A stretch of DNA of 63,354 bases, filler included, from Eubacteriales bacterium (GTDB lineage Bacteria > Bacillota > Clostridia > Oscillospirales > CAG-382): NCBI GenBank assembly GCA_045636665.1. It is 6 parts of 6 records of this genome, joined end to end, with 100 filler letters (N's around TTAATTAATTAA, not from the genome) between each part and the next. Parts side by side here need not be neighbours in the genome. Positions count along the whole stretch, not along the records: positions 44,682 to 52,494 come from JAZTXY010000043.1; positions 52,595 to 63,354 come from JAZTXY010000045.1; 4 more parts are not named here. One strand, written 5' to 3'. The notes beneath the pieces are model-generated. The model worked only from the letters and a program-made list of their open reading frames with translations, did no database searches and was not told the origin of the DNA. Positions 48,523 through 57,727 of the stretch are shown here, piece by piece. Numbering within the stretch: position 1 is the stretch's first letter; every line of letters begins with the position of its first letter. The position numbers and the translations under genes were made by a program.

Positions 48523-49584
48523 TCAGAAAAGTCCTGCAATATCCTTGATTAAAACAAATGCCATAAGCCCGAACAAAAGCACTGTGAACACTGCACTTAC
48601 CGCGCGTTCATATTTCGGGTTAAGCGGCTTGCGGCGTATTGCCTCGATGATATAAAACAGCAATCTGCCGCCGTCGAGCACGGGTATGGGAAGAAGATTG
48701 AAAATACCAAGCGATACCGAAATCATTACCGCCATCGAGCATAAGCTCAAAACGGCATCAAGAAAGCCGCCGCTTTGCTTGATGGTTTTATCGATTTCGC
48801 CGCCGACCGCAACAGGGCCGCCGACAGCATCGATTCCGTAACGTCCGCTAAAGGTATCGACCAACGAATCGAAGGTCATATAGACGGTTGAATAGGATTG
48901 CCAGAAGGCTTCGCGCATTACTCCGCCAAAGGTTTTTTCAACGCCGTAAACCGTAAAATCCATTGTACCGAAAACCAAATTTCCGTCATTTTCGATACCG
49001 AAGCAAACGCCCTTAAGCTCGACCTCTTCGCCGTTGCGGAGAACCACGATATCGACCGGCTCGATTCCGTCGGAAACGATTTTATAAGACAAATCCGCAT
49101 AGCAATGAATGGATTTTCCGTTAACGGTAATAATTTCGTCGTTTACCTGAAGCCCGTATTGGTTCGAAACGCTGTTTTCATCGAACTCGGCGACTATCGA
49201 GGTGCCGATAAGATTGCTTCCGCAAACGATGCCGACCATTATTACAAAAGCGAGCAGGATGTTCATAAAAGGACCTGCAACGACGATAAGCATTCTTTTC
49301 CAAACCGAGCGGTCGTTAAGCGGAATTTTATATTTATGCTCCTCGGGGATTTCTTCGTCGTATTCGCCGACCATATTCACAAACCCGCCGATGGGAATAG
49401 CGCGGATTGTAAAATCGTTATATTTCCCTTTCCAAGTCTTTATCTTGGGTCCCATTCCGATTGCGAATTCAATCACGCCGACCTTAAAGGCGCGTGCGAC
49501 CATATAATGGCCGAATTCGTGCACGAAAATAAGCAGACCAAAAATAAAAACGGTTACTGCAAGACTTAAAAGAGATTGAAACAT
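48523..49584 (-). CDS. rseP: RIP metalloprotease RseP/RasP
   Basis: HEFGH, AGPFMN, PDZ domain, NLLPIPVLDGG; start moved to 49584. Confidence 0.93.
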   Translation of the reverse strand: MFQSLLSLAVTVFIFGLLIFVHEFGHYMVARAFKVGVIEFAIGMGPKIKTWKGKYNDFTIRAIPIGGFVNMVGEYDEEIPEEHKYKIPLNDRSVWKRMLIVVAGPFMNILLAFVIMVGIVCGSNLIGTSIVAEFDENSVSNQYGLQVNDEIITVNGKSIHCYADLSYKIVSDGIEPVDIVVLRNGEEVELKGVCFGIENDGNLVFGTMDFTVYGVEKTFGGVMREAFWQSYSTVYMTFDSLVDTFSGRYGIDAVGGPVAVGGEIDKTIKQSGGFLDAVLSLCSMAVMISVSLGIFNLLPIPVLDGGRLLFYIIEAIRRKPLNPKYERAVSAVFTVLLFGLMAFVLIKDIAGLF

Positions 49585-49597
49585 TAAATAAACACTC

Positions 49598-50737
49598 CTA
49601 AATATGTGAACGCACGTATTCACGCGCGGCTTTATCCGACGCGATAATATCGTCAAGCGTGGGATTTTCGATAATCGATGCGGCGCCGATTTTTTCGCAG
49701 GTATCGATTACAAGCTCGAACATTTGGGTAAATCCGATTCTTTTGTCAAGGAAAAGCGCGACCGCTTCTTCGTTTGCGCCGTTCATTATAGCAGGCACGT
49801 TGCCGCCTACCGTAAGCGATTTCTTTGCAATTTCAAGCAACGGAAATGCTTCTTTATCGTATTTGAAAAATTCAAGCTTTTTATCGAAAAGATCAAGGCT
49901 TTCTGCCTGCGTCGGCTTTCTTTCGGGATAGGTCAACGCATATTGGATGCACACGCGCATATCGGGCACACCCATTTGCGCGAGAATCGAATTGTCCTCG
50001 AACTCGACAAGCGAATGAACGATGCTTTGCGGATGGATGACGACCTCGACTTGGTCGGGAGATACGTCGAAAAGATGGACTGCCTCGATAAACTCAAGTC
50101 CTTTATTCATAAGGCTTGCGCTGTCGACCGAGATTTTTTTGCCCATATTCCATCGCGGATGCTTGATTGCCATTTCGGGCGTTACGGTTTTTAAAAACTC
50201 GTAATCCTTACCGAAGAACGGGCCGCCCGATCCGGTAAGCCAGATTTTTTTAATTTTATTTTTGCCCTGAATACATTGGAATATTGCAGAATGCTCGCTA
50301 TCGACGGGCAAAAGCGTTGCGTTTCCCGCTTTTACCGCATCGGTAACCAATTTGCCGCCTGCGACAAGCGTTTCCTTGTTGGCAAATGCGATTTTTTTGC
50401 CCTTGTTTGCCGCATTGACAGTGGGCTTTAAGCCCTTCATACCGAGCACTGCGTTAACGACGGTTTCGCTTTTATCCTCACTTGCAAGCTCCTCCACACC
50501 CTCGTCACCGCAAAGCACGTCGATATCGAGGTCGGAAACAAGAAGCTTAAATTCGTTATATTTTTCTTTGCCTATACAAGCACGCTGCGGCTTGAATTCA
50601 CGGCATTGCTCGGCAAGCAACGACACGTTGGAATGGGCGGAAAGCGATTCCACCGTTAATCCCAAATTACGCACCACGTCAAGCGTTTGCTTGCCTATCG
50701 AGCCGGTCGAGCCGAGCAGAGTTATTGAATCATACAT
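49598..50737 (-). CDS. dxr: 1-deoxy-D-xylulose 5-phosphate reductoisomerase
   Basis: LGSTGSIG, ANKETLV, PVDSEHSAIFQ, NKGLE. Confidence 0.96.
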   Translation of the reverse strand: MYDSITLLGSTGSIGKQTLDVVRNLGLTVESLSAHSNVSLLAEQCREFKPQRACIGKEKYNEFKLLVSDLDIDVLCGDEGVEELASEDKSETVVNAVLGMKGLKPTVNAANKGKKIAFANKETLVAGGKLVTDAVKAGNATLLPVDSEHSAIFQCIQGKNKIKKIWLTGSGGPFFGKDYEFLKTVTPEMAIKHPRWNMGKKISVDSASLMNKGLEFIEAVHLFDVSPDQVEVVIHPQSIVHSLVEFEDNSILAQMGVPDMRVCIQYALTYPERKPTQAESLDLFDKKLEFFKYDKEAFPLLEIAKKSLTVGGNVPAIMNGANEEAVALFLDKRIGFTQMFELVIDTCEKIGAASIIENPTLDDIIASDKAAREYVRSHI

Positions 50738-50758
50738 ATTTACACCTGCTTAAAGCCT

Positions 50759-51547
50759 TTACGCACCGAGAATTACAAGAAATGCAACGGTAATTACCGA
50801 AACGGGAATTATGCTGTCAAATCTGTCAAGCACACCGCCGTGACCGGGGAAAATCTTGCCGTAGTCCTTAACACCGAAACGGCGCTTGATTACCGATGCG
50901 GCAAGGTCGCCGAATTGACTTACCACAGAAAGCGGAAGCGCGATAAGTCCCAAAAGCGGATTTTTATCGGCAAGCCAGAACACCAAAACGCCTGCCGCTG
51001 TGCCGAATGCGGTTCCGCCGATAGCGCCCGCAATCGTTTTTTTCGGTGAAATGTTGGGGCAAAGCTTTTTGTTGCCGAAAAGCATACCCGAAAAATATGC
51101 AAATGTATCGGTCGCCCAAGCAATGCTTAATACCAAAGCAACTGCCCATAGACCATAGGTTACGCGCATATAAGAAAGCGCGGTAAAGCCGGCAGTGATG
51201 TAAACCGCAAGCGTGATGAACATCAACAGACGCTCAACGTCGGTATTTGCGTGGGTGATTACCGCAAATATCATAAAAAGTACTGTAATCGCAGGTACTC
51301 CGAGAATTACCGTTTTTACGGCAACATCGATATTCCAAACCGGCAAAATCGCAACGGATGCCGCAATCGCTATCGAGGTGAGCGAAACCGCCCATTTTTT
51401 AAGCAGACCGCAGCAACCGAGCATTTCATAAACCGAAAAGCCTGCAACGAGCGCAAACAATGCGCCTGCGCCCCAAACACCGCCCCAGATAAGCAGCGGA
51501 ATAAGAAGCAAAAGAGCAACTATTGCGGTAAGTATTCTTGTTATCAT
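50759..51547 (-). CDS. cdsA: Phosphatidate cytidylyltransferase
   Basis: DTFAYFSG, ISPKKT, KRRFGVKDYG, PGHGGVLDRFD. Confidence 0.94.
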   Translation of the reverse strand: MITRILTAIVALLLLIPLLIWGGVWGAGALFALVAGFSVYEMLGCCGLLKKWAVSLTSIAIAASVAILPVWNIDVAVKTVILGVPAITVLFMIFAVITHANTDVERLLMFITLAVYITAGFTALSYMRVTYGLWAVALVLSIAWATDTFAYFSGMLFGNKKLCPNISPKKTIAGAIGGTAFGTAAGVLVFWLADKNPLLGLIALPLSVVSQFGDLAASVIKRRFGVKDYGKIFPGHGGVLDRFDSIIPVSVITVAFLVILGA

Positions 51548-51550
51548 TTT

Positions 51551-52258
51551 TTACCTCCCAAAGCGGCGTTCGCGTTTTGAATAAGAGTCGATCGCTTTTA
51601 AAAGCTCATTTTTATCGAAATCGGGCCAAAGCACGTCGGTGAAATAATATTCCGAATATGCCGATTGCCATAAAAGAAAGTTTGAAACACGGTATTCTCC
51701 GCTTGTGCGGATGATAAGGTCGGGGTCGGGCACTCCCTGAGTGTAAAGGCAATTTGAAATATCCTTATCGGTTATTTCGCTTTTTCCCTCCTTCAGAAGC
51801 TTATTGACCGCATAAACCAATTCCTGACGTCCGCCGTAGGAAAGGCATATACAAAGCGTCATACCGTCGTTTTTTTCAAGACGGGATTCGACTCCGCGCA
51901 ATGCATCGCGGTATTTTGCCGCAAAGCGGTCGATATCGCCGACAAGCTTCAGCTTGATGTTAAGACGGTTCATTTCCGGCTCGTATTTGGTTATTCCCTT
52001 GCTCATAAGCTCCATAAGGGCAGAAACCTCCTCGTCCGAACGGTTCCAATTCTCTGCCGAGAATGCATAGACCGTTAAATATTCAATTCCCATAGCACTG
52101 CAATTATCAACGGTGTTGACGAATGCATCAAGACCGACCTTGTGACCTGCCGTGCGCGGAAGCAGACGTTTTTTTGCCCATCTGCCGTTTCCGTCCATTA
52201 TTATGGCGATATGCCTTGGGAGAACTTGCTCTGACATAAGAACCTCGAAACTTTTCAT
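51551..52258 (-). CDS. uppS: Undecaprenyl diphosphate synthase
   Basis: IIMDGNGRWA, FSAENW, YGGRQE, IRTSGE, SNFLLWQ, RRFG. Confidence 0.96.
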   Translation of the reverse strand: MKSFEVLMSEQVLPRHIAIIMDGNGRWAKKRLLPRTAGHKVGLDAFVNTVDNCSAMGIEYLTVYAFSAENWNRSDEEVSALMELMSKGITKYEPEMNRLNIKLKLVGDIDRFAAKYRDALRGVESRLEKNDGMTLCICLSYGGRQELVYAVNKLLKEGKSEITDKDISNCLYTQGVPDPDLIIRTSGEYRVSNFLLWQSAYSEYYFTDVLWPDFDKNELLKAIDSYSKRERRFGR

Positions 52259-52267
52259 AAAATCGGC

Positions 52268-52297
52268 TAAAACCGAGGGGGTTAAACCTCGGTTTTA
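52268..52297. terminator. Hairpin upstream of uppS
   Basis: TAAAACCGAGG...CCTCGGTTTTA. Confidence 0.55.
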
Positions 52298-52343
52298 ACG
52301 GTAAAATTTGATTAATTTTGTGAAATTATTTTTTGGAAATTAT

Positions 52344-52444
52344 AAACGCTTGCCGTTTTTGTGGGTTTATTACGGGGTCCCCGAAAATACGAAGTGTTTT
52401 TGGGGCTTATATGGGGTCCCCAAAAACGCCTGCCGTTTTTGGGG
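52344..52444 (+). repeat. Cluster of REP-like palindromic units
   Basis: GGGGTCCCCRAAAA-loop-TTTTTGGGG at 52374-52405 and 52413-52444, plus a partial unit at 52344-52365. Confidence 0.75.
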
Positions 52445-52494
52445 GTTTTTTATATTTCCATGTTTTCCTTTTCTTTTTTTGGGATAACAAACTC

Positions 52495-52594
52495 NNNNNN
52501 NNNNNNNNNNNNNNNNNNNNNNNNNNNNNNNNNNNNNNTTAATTAATTAANNNNNNNNNNNNNNNNNNNNNNNNNNNNNNNNNNNNNNNNNNNN
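52495..52594. other. Artificial contig-joining spacer
   Basis: N-run + TTAATTAATTAA + N-run. Confidence 0.99.
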
Positions 52595-52942
52595 GGAGCC
52601 GAGGGGAATCGAACCCCTGTCCGAAAACCGATTCACGGTGCTTTCTCCGAGCGCAGCCTATCTTTGGGATTCCCCACTTAACACGCCGACAGGCAGGCGC
52701 ATTAAGCCGGTAGCTTCATTAGTTCATGGAAGGGCTCAAAGCTTTGCCCAACACACGTTCACCGCTAAGTGACGCCGTATCCGAAGCCGCGGTGCTCTTC
52801 GGTACGACGGAAGCTGCGCTTAGGCAGCTACTGCTAATTTGTTATTGTTAGCGTTTAATTTTAAAGTGCACATTTTTAAGAAGTTATGCGCTTCTGCTCG
52901 CTTACTCCGCTTCACAATCCCCGTCGAAACCTTTACGGCCCC
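52595..52942 (-). ncRNA. ssrA: tmRNA; tag peptide ANNNKLAVAA
   Basis: 5' GGGGCCGTAAAGGTTTCGACGG; 3' T-arm GGGGTTCGATTCCCC followed by CGGCTCC pairing with the 5' end; tag ORF 52852-52820; smpB upstream. Confidence 0.96.
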
Positions 52943-52952
52943 GTGTGTAAAC

Positions 52953-53025
52953 CCCCAAAATGACAAGCATTTTCGGGGACCCCGTGTTTTTTAGCCCCAA
53001 AATGACAAGCATTTTCGGGGACCCC
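52953..53025 (-). repeat. Two identical 31-bp REP-like units separated by 11 bp
   Basis: CCCCAAAATGACAAGCATTTTCGGGGACCCC at 52953-52983 and 52995-53025; same family as 52374-52444 on the opposite strand. Confidence 0.85.
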
Positions 53026-53190
53026 ATATTTTTAACCCCCAAAAGTCGCTTCGCTCCCGACACAAAATGCAAGCATTTTGGTCGAAATCCGCGCGGCGGG
53101 GTTTCGTGAGCGCCGTTCATTCGCATCTCACTCACCGCTCGCGGCGCTCTAAGGTATATTCTCGGGTGTGGATTTTTAATGGTGTAAATG

Positions 53191-53847
53191 TTATATATTA
53201 TGCTTTTCTTTTAAAATTTTTCTTATTTCCGCGGTGGCGGATTCAACTATTTCGTTTGAGCGTTTTTCGTCGTGGGTGAAAAATTCGGTATCGGGATCGG
53301 TTTTGACGTTTTTATAAAACTCATACGCATAGTTTATGCGTTCGGTTATATCGTCATACGCGAAATAATCGATAGTAGTGTTGGGAAATTCTTTTACGCC
53401 CCCGATAATTTCCAAAGGTCGATAATTTTCGTTCTTTTCGAGAAAACGGCAATCGATCTCATACCAGCTTTTGCGGATGAGCTTGATGTTTGCGCGCCAA
53501 ATTTCCCTTCCGCGGCCGTTAATGAACGGATGGATTATATCGCGCACATAGATAGTGTCGGTTAAAATATGCACGTAATAGCCGAGATAAAAGGAATACA
53601 TTCGATTATCCTTTTCATCAAGCGCATATTTCGTGAAAAATTCGCGATTATCCTCAAAGCGTTGCTCGTAAGAAACGCCCTCTCGCTTCCAATGCGACGT
53701 ATCCTTTGACGGCATATAGGTGAAATCATCGACCATTCTGCCGCTGTCGGGTGCGATCACTCCGACGAAAAATGCCGCTTCATCGACATTTTCCAAGGTT
53801 TTTAACAATTTTTCAGCCACTCGGAGGTGGGTTAACCAGGTTGCCAT
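53191..53847 (-). CDS. Zinc-dependent phospholipase C/S1-P1-fold-like protein
   Basis: N-terminal WLTH, GVIAPD, TSHW, GYYVHILTD, EID metal-ligand pattern; no signal peptide. Confidence 0.65.
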   Translation of the reverse strand: MATWLTHLRVAEKLLKTLENVDEAAFFVGVIAPDSGRMVDDFTYMPSKDTSHWKREGVSYEQRFEDNREFFTKYALDEKDNRMYSFYLGYYVHILTDTIYVRDIIHPFINGRGREIWRANIKLIRKSWYEIDCRFLEKNENYRPLEIIGGVKEFPNTTIDYFAYDDITERINYAYEFYKNVKTDPDTEFFTHDEKRSNEIVESATAEIRKILKEKHNI

Positions 53848-54305
53848 TAATAGTTCCCCTTGCTTGCACGCTCGATTTCGCGCTTTGCTGTTTTTTCCGC
53901 CTCGACGTCGCGCTTGTCGTAAAGCTTTTTACCCTTGCAGAGTCCGATTTCGACCTTTACCCAACGGCCCTTGAAATACATCGAAAGCGGAATCAACGAA
54001 TATCCCTTTTGACCGACTGCGCCGAAAAGGCGATCGATTTCGCGGCGGTGCATAAGCAATTTACGCGCGCGGTAGGGATCGCGGTTGAAGATATTGCCCT
54101 TTTCATAGGGGCTGATATGGATACCGTAGGCAACCAATTCGCCGTCGTCGATACGGCAAAATGAATCCTTTAAATTAACTCTGCCGCAACGAAGCGATTT
54201 TACCTCGGTACCGAAAAGCTCGATGCCGGCTTCGAATTTATCTTCGACGAAATATTCGTGATATGCGGCGCGGTTGTTTGCGATACCGCGGATTAAGTCC
54301 GACAT
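53847..54305 (-). CDS. smpB: SsrA-binding protein
   Basis: EAGIELFGTEVKSLR, RKLLMHRREI, KGKKLYDKR. Confidence 0.97.
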   Translation of the reverse strand: MSDLIRGIANNRAAYHEYFVEDKFEAGIELFGTEVKSLRCGRVNLKDSFCRIDDGELVAYGIHISPYEKGNIFNRDPYRARKLLMHRREIDRLFGAVGQKGYSLIPLSMYFKGRWVKVEIGLCKGKKLYDKRDVEAEKTAKREIERASKGNY

Positions 54306-54364
54306 ACGAACCCTCCTTTTTTCATAATGAAAGCAACTTATTATATACTAACTTTTTGTAAAAA

Positions 54365-55090
54365 TCAACTTTTAATTTTTCCCAAAACGCAATCTGCCTC
54401 GAAGCAAAGCGTTTCGTTTGTCGAATTAAAGGCGGAAAGAACGAACCTTCCCTCTTTTTCTGCAACGCCTATCGATAAAACGTCTTGTATCTTCGCTTCG
54501 TGGTGGAAAATTATGCGCATTTCGTTGATAAAATCATCCTTGCGGTCAAATGGGATATAATCAAGCGAGATATCCGAATATATGCAGTTATTGAGATGGT
54601 CGTTTTCATCGAGATCGGAAAGACGAACGACTCTTTCGGCGCATATCGGAAGCTCCTTTGCATTCAGGTTGCGCGGAATTTCGATTCTTGCGCAATCAAA
54701 ATTATGCTCGGGAATGGGGAACGGAAACTCACGCGGACGGACAAGCTTGCGCGTGTCGTATTTAACTATTACCCATTGTGTCGTCGCGTGGATTATTTCC
54801 TCGCCGTCGCGGTAAAATTCAAATTCGCGCTCATAGGTTATGCCCGTTACGCGGTTGTTATAAGTACGAACCGCAAGCTCGTCATAAGCGAACACCGGCT
54901 TTTTTATGTTCATCGCGAGCTTCGTGATGACGAACACCATATTAATATCGCGCATTTGGTTATAGGTACAGCCGAGCGCATCGCAATCTTCCCTCGCGAG
55001 CTGTTGCATATAGCGCTGAATAGCCGAGGGCTTTATCGTGCTGTTGGGAAAAACGTCGAAGCTTTTTACAGTAATTTTTGTTTCTAACAT
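54365..55090 (-). CDS. Acyl-ACP thioesterase
   Basis: Double hot-dog pattern; SDLDENDHLNN. Confidence 0.85.
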   Translation of the reverse strand: MLETKITVKSFDVFPNSTIKPSAIQRYMQQLAREDCDALGCTYNQMRDINMVFVITKLAMNIKKPVFAYDELAVRTYNNRVTGITYEREFEFYRDGEEIIHATTQWVIVKYDTRKLVRPREFPFPIPEHNFDCARIEIPRNLNAKELPICAERVVRLSDLDENDHLNNCIYSDISLDYIPFDRKDDFINEMRIIFHHEAKIQDVLSIGVAEKEGRFVLSAFNSTNETLCFEADCVLGKIKS

Positions 55091-56082
55091 CAGTTTTTTA
55101 TCTTTGCAAGCGGATTCGATTCCGTTGCATCCCTTAATTTTTTATTTGATAGGTGAGTATATATTTGGGTTGTCGTTAATTGCTCGTGACCGAGAATTTC
55201 TTTAACGGCGAGAATATCGACGTCACCGTCGGAGCACATAAGCGTTGCGGCGGTATGGCGAAGCTTATGCACCGAAAGTCCGCGTCCGCCGAGTCCCGCA
55301 AGGTCGAGATAGCGGTAAACGAGCGCTTGTACCATTTTATCCGAGATTCGTTTGCGGCGCGAGCTTAAAAACAGCGCTTCCTTATCGATAATGGGTTGTC
55401 CGTGCTCGGTCGCTTTTGATTGGCGAACTTCAAGATAGCTGCAAAGCGCGCGTCTGCAGGCAGAATTGAGATAAACCATTCGCATTTTGTTGCCCTTGCC
55501 CGTAACGTAAAGCTTCGATAAATCCGAATCTATATGAGCCAAATCAATACCGACAAGCTCGGAAAGACGCATTCCGCAGTTTAAAAACAGCGTTAATATG
55601 CAATAATCTCTCTCGTAGGTCGGGCAATCGCGCGGAACGCTTTCCAAAAGCCTTATGCTTTCGTCGAGCGTGAGATATTTCGGCAAGGCAGGCTTGATTT
55701 TTGGGGTTTCGATATCCTTTGCAGGGTTATCCTCAAGCCTATGCGATTTTACGGTGTGGTATTTATAAAACGCCTTTATCGCCGAAAGCCGTCTTGCGCG
55801 GATACGCGCGCCGTTTTCTCTGCCCGAAGCAAGATAGAGCATATAAGAATATATTTCGTCGGTACGAACCGAGCCTGCAAGCTTATAATCGAGCTCGGCA
55901 AGGCTTACCTCGGTCATATCGGTCTTTTCGGGCTTTTCGCCGCGGCGCGACACGATGATATAGCGGAAGAAAAGAATTATATCGTTAACGTATTCGCTCA
56001 CCGTTAGCGGCGAACAGTTTTGAATCGAGCCCTTATAGCCTGCAAAGGTCACTATCGGCTCGGGCAGATTTGTGTTTGCCAT
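55090..56082 (-). CDS. xerC: XerC-like chromosomal tyrosine recombinase
   Basis: RARRLSAIKAFY, GMRLSEL, GKGNK, HKLRHTAAT, LGH, TQIYTH. Confidence 0.88.
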   Translation of the reverse strand: MANTNLPEPIVTFAGYKGSIQNCSPLTVSEYVNDIILFFRYIIVSRRGEKPEKTDMTEVSLAELDYKLAGSVRTDEIYSYMLYLASGRENGARIRARRLSAIKAFYKYHTVKSHRLEDNPAKDIETPKIKPALPKYLTLDESIRLLESVPRDCPTYERDYCILTLFLNCGMRLSELVGIDLAHIDSDLSKLYVTGKGNKMRMVYLNSACRRALCSYLEVRQSKATEHGQPIIDKEALFLSSRRKRISDKMVQALVYRYLDLAGLGGRGLSVHKLRHTAATLMCSDGDVDILAVKEILGHEQLTTTQIYTHLSNKKLRDATESNPLAKIKN

Positions 56083-56111
56083 TACTTTTCCTCCTTTTCG
56101 TAGTAAGACGG

Positions 56112-56140
56112 ATTATATCACAAAAGCGTTAAAAAATCAA
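56112..56140 (-). promoter_or_regulatory. Sigma-A promoter of xerC
   Basis: Minus strand TTGATT-17 nt-TATAAT with extended TG. Confidence 0.65.
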
Positions 56141-56165
56141 GTTTGTAAACTAAAAATACACAAAA

Positions 56166-56187
56166 CCGACTGCATAAAAGCAGTCGG
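56166..56187 (-). terminator. Terminator after murA
   Basis: CCGACTGC-ATAAAA-GCAGTCGG. Confidence 0.65.
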
Positions 56188-56233
56188 CTTCAGACCGAGG
56201 ATAAATATATTATTTAACCGTTCTTCCTTCGGT

Positions 56234-57496
56234 TTAGTTATTTGCGCTTACTCTTTTAATGTCGGCGCCGACCGAGCGGAGCTTGCCGACAAGGTCTTCA
56301 TAGCCGCGTTCGATATGATGGATATCGTCGATAAAGGTCGTGCCTGCGGTGGAAAGTGCGGCGATAACCATTGCCGCGCCTGCGCGAAGGTCGACAGCGC
56401 GAACCGTAGACGGAGTGAACGCTTCGATTCCCGTGATTATTGCATCTCTGCCCTGAACGGTGATCCTTGCGCCCATACGGATAAGCTCATCGGTATATTT
56501 AAAGCGCGAATCCATTACACTTTCAGTGATTCTGCTTTCGCCTTCGGCAAGGCAAAGAAGAACGCAGAATTGAGGATTCATATCTGTGGGGAAGCCGGGA
56601 TAAAAGTCGGTCTTAACACGGACTCTTTTAAGCTTGCCGTCGTAACGGACACGAACGTAATCGTCGCCCTCCTCAACGTCGACACCCATTTCCTCAAGCT
56701 TTCTTGTCGTTGCTTCAAGGTGTCGGGGGATGACGTTGTTTATGGTAAGGTCGCCCTTGGTTGCCGCGGCGGCAATCATATAAGTGCCTGCTTCGATCAT
56801 ATCGGGAATGATTGCGTAAGTACCGCCGTGGAGCGATTCGACACCGCGAATCTTAATTACCTCGGTACCTGCGCCCGAAATATCGGCACCGCAGGAGTTA
56901 AGGAAGTTTGCAAGGTCAACGATATGCGGTTCACGAGCGGCGTTGTCGATAACCGTCATTCCGTTTGCGGTGGCGGCGGCAATGATAATGTTGGCAGTAG
57001 CGCCGACCGACGCAACGTCCATATAAATTTGCGCGCCCTCCAACGGTCTTTCGGTAAAGCAGCTGATTCCCGAGGTGCAGTTTACTGTTGCGCCGAGCGC
57101 CTCGAAGCCCTTGATATGCTGGTCGATGGGACGCGCGCCGAGGTTACATCCGCCGGGAAGCGAGGTAAAGGATCTTCCGAATCTGCCAAGCTCCGCACCG
57201 AGAACGTAATAGGAGCCGCGCATATTACGCGCAAGGTCCAACGGAACGCTGTTACTGCGTACGGGGCGTGTGTCGATGCTGTAGGTGAAGCGGTCGATTT
57301 GCTTTATCTCCGCGCCCATACGGCGAAGAATCTCCAAAGCGTTTTGAATATCGCTGACATCGGGAAGATTTTCCAAAACGCATATATCATTTACGAGAAT
57401 TGTGGCAAAAATAATAGGTAAAGCGGCATTTTTCATTCCGCCGATATTAACGCTTCCGACAAGCGGTCTGCCGCCCGAAACACAAAGCTTATCCAT
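56234..57496 (-). CDS. murA: UDP-N-acetylglucosamine 1-carboxyvinyltransferase
   Basis: KNAALP, LPGGCNLGARPIDQH, SVGAT, NAAREP, PGFPTD, DLRAG, RGYE. Confidence 0.96.
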   Translation of the reverse strand: MDKLCVSGGRPLVGSVNIGGMKNAALPIIFATILVNDICVLENLPDVSDIQNALEILRRMGAEIKQIDRFTYSIDTRPVRSNSVPLDLARNMRGSYYVLGAELGRFGRSFTSLPGGCNLGARPIDQHIKGFEALGATVNCTSGISCFTERPLEGAQIYMDVASVGATANIIIAAATANGMTVIDNAAREPHIVDLANFLNSCGADISGAGTEVIKIRGVESLHGGTYAIIPDMIEAGTYMIAAAATKGDLTINNVIPRHLEATTRKLEEMGVDVEEGDDYVRVRYDGKLKRVRVKTDFYPGFPTDMNPQFCVLLCLAEGESRITESVMDSRFKYTDELIRMGARITVQGRDAIITGIEAFTPSTVRAVDLRAGAAMVIAALSTAGTTFIDDIHHIERGYEDLVGKLRSVGADIKRVSANN

Positions 57497-57540
57497 ATGT
57501 AAAAACACCTTTCGGTTTTAAGTCATAAGTATACATAATT

Positions 57541-57569
57541 ATGATAGCATCAAGAGTTTGAATTGTCAA
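57541..57569 (-). promoter_or_regulatory. Sigma-A promoter of murA
   Basis: Minus strand TTGACA-17 nt-TATCAT with extended TG. Confidence 0.7.
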
Positions 57570-57727
57570 GCACTTTCACACTACAGTTTATGCGACTTTT
57601 GGTATCTTGACAATTTTTAGCCGATGATATAATATATTGTATTGTGAGCTTTGAACCGTATCGGGTGGATTCCCGATTTTATACATAACGAAAACCTCTT
57701 GAAATTATTAAACTGAAAGGAATTTAT

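Noticed and set aside
52595..52620. tRNA-like T-arm as a tRNA gene
   Set aside because: It is the 3' domain of tmRNA; the matching 5' end and tag ORF are present.
52953..53025. 31-bp palindromic direct repeats as a mini-CRISPR
   Set aside because: The spacer is only 11 nt, there are two copies and no cas genes, and variants occur on another contig. This fits a REP-like repeat.
55090..56082. Tyrosine recombinase near tmRNA as an island integrase
   Set aside because: It is Xer-sized (330 aa), has no arm-binding domain, sits among core genes and lies on the 5' side of ssrA.
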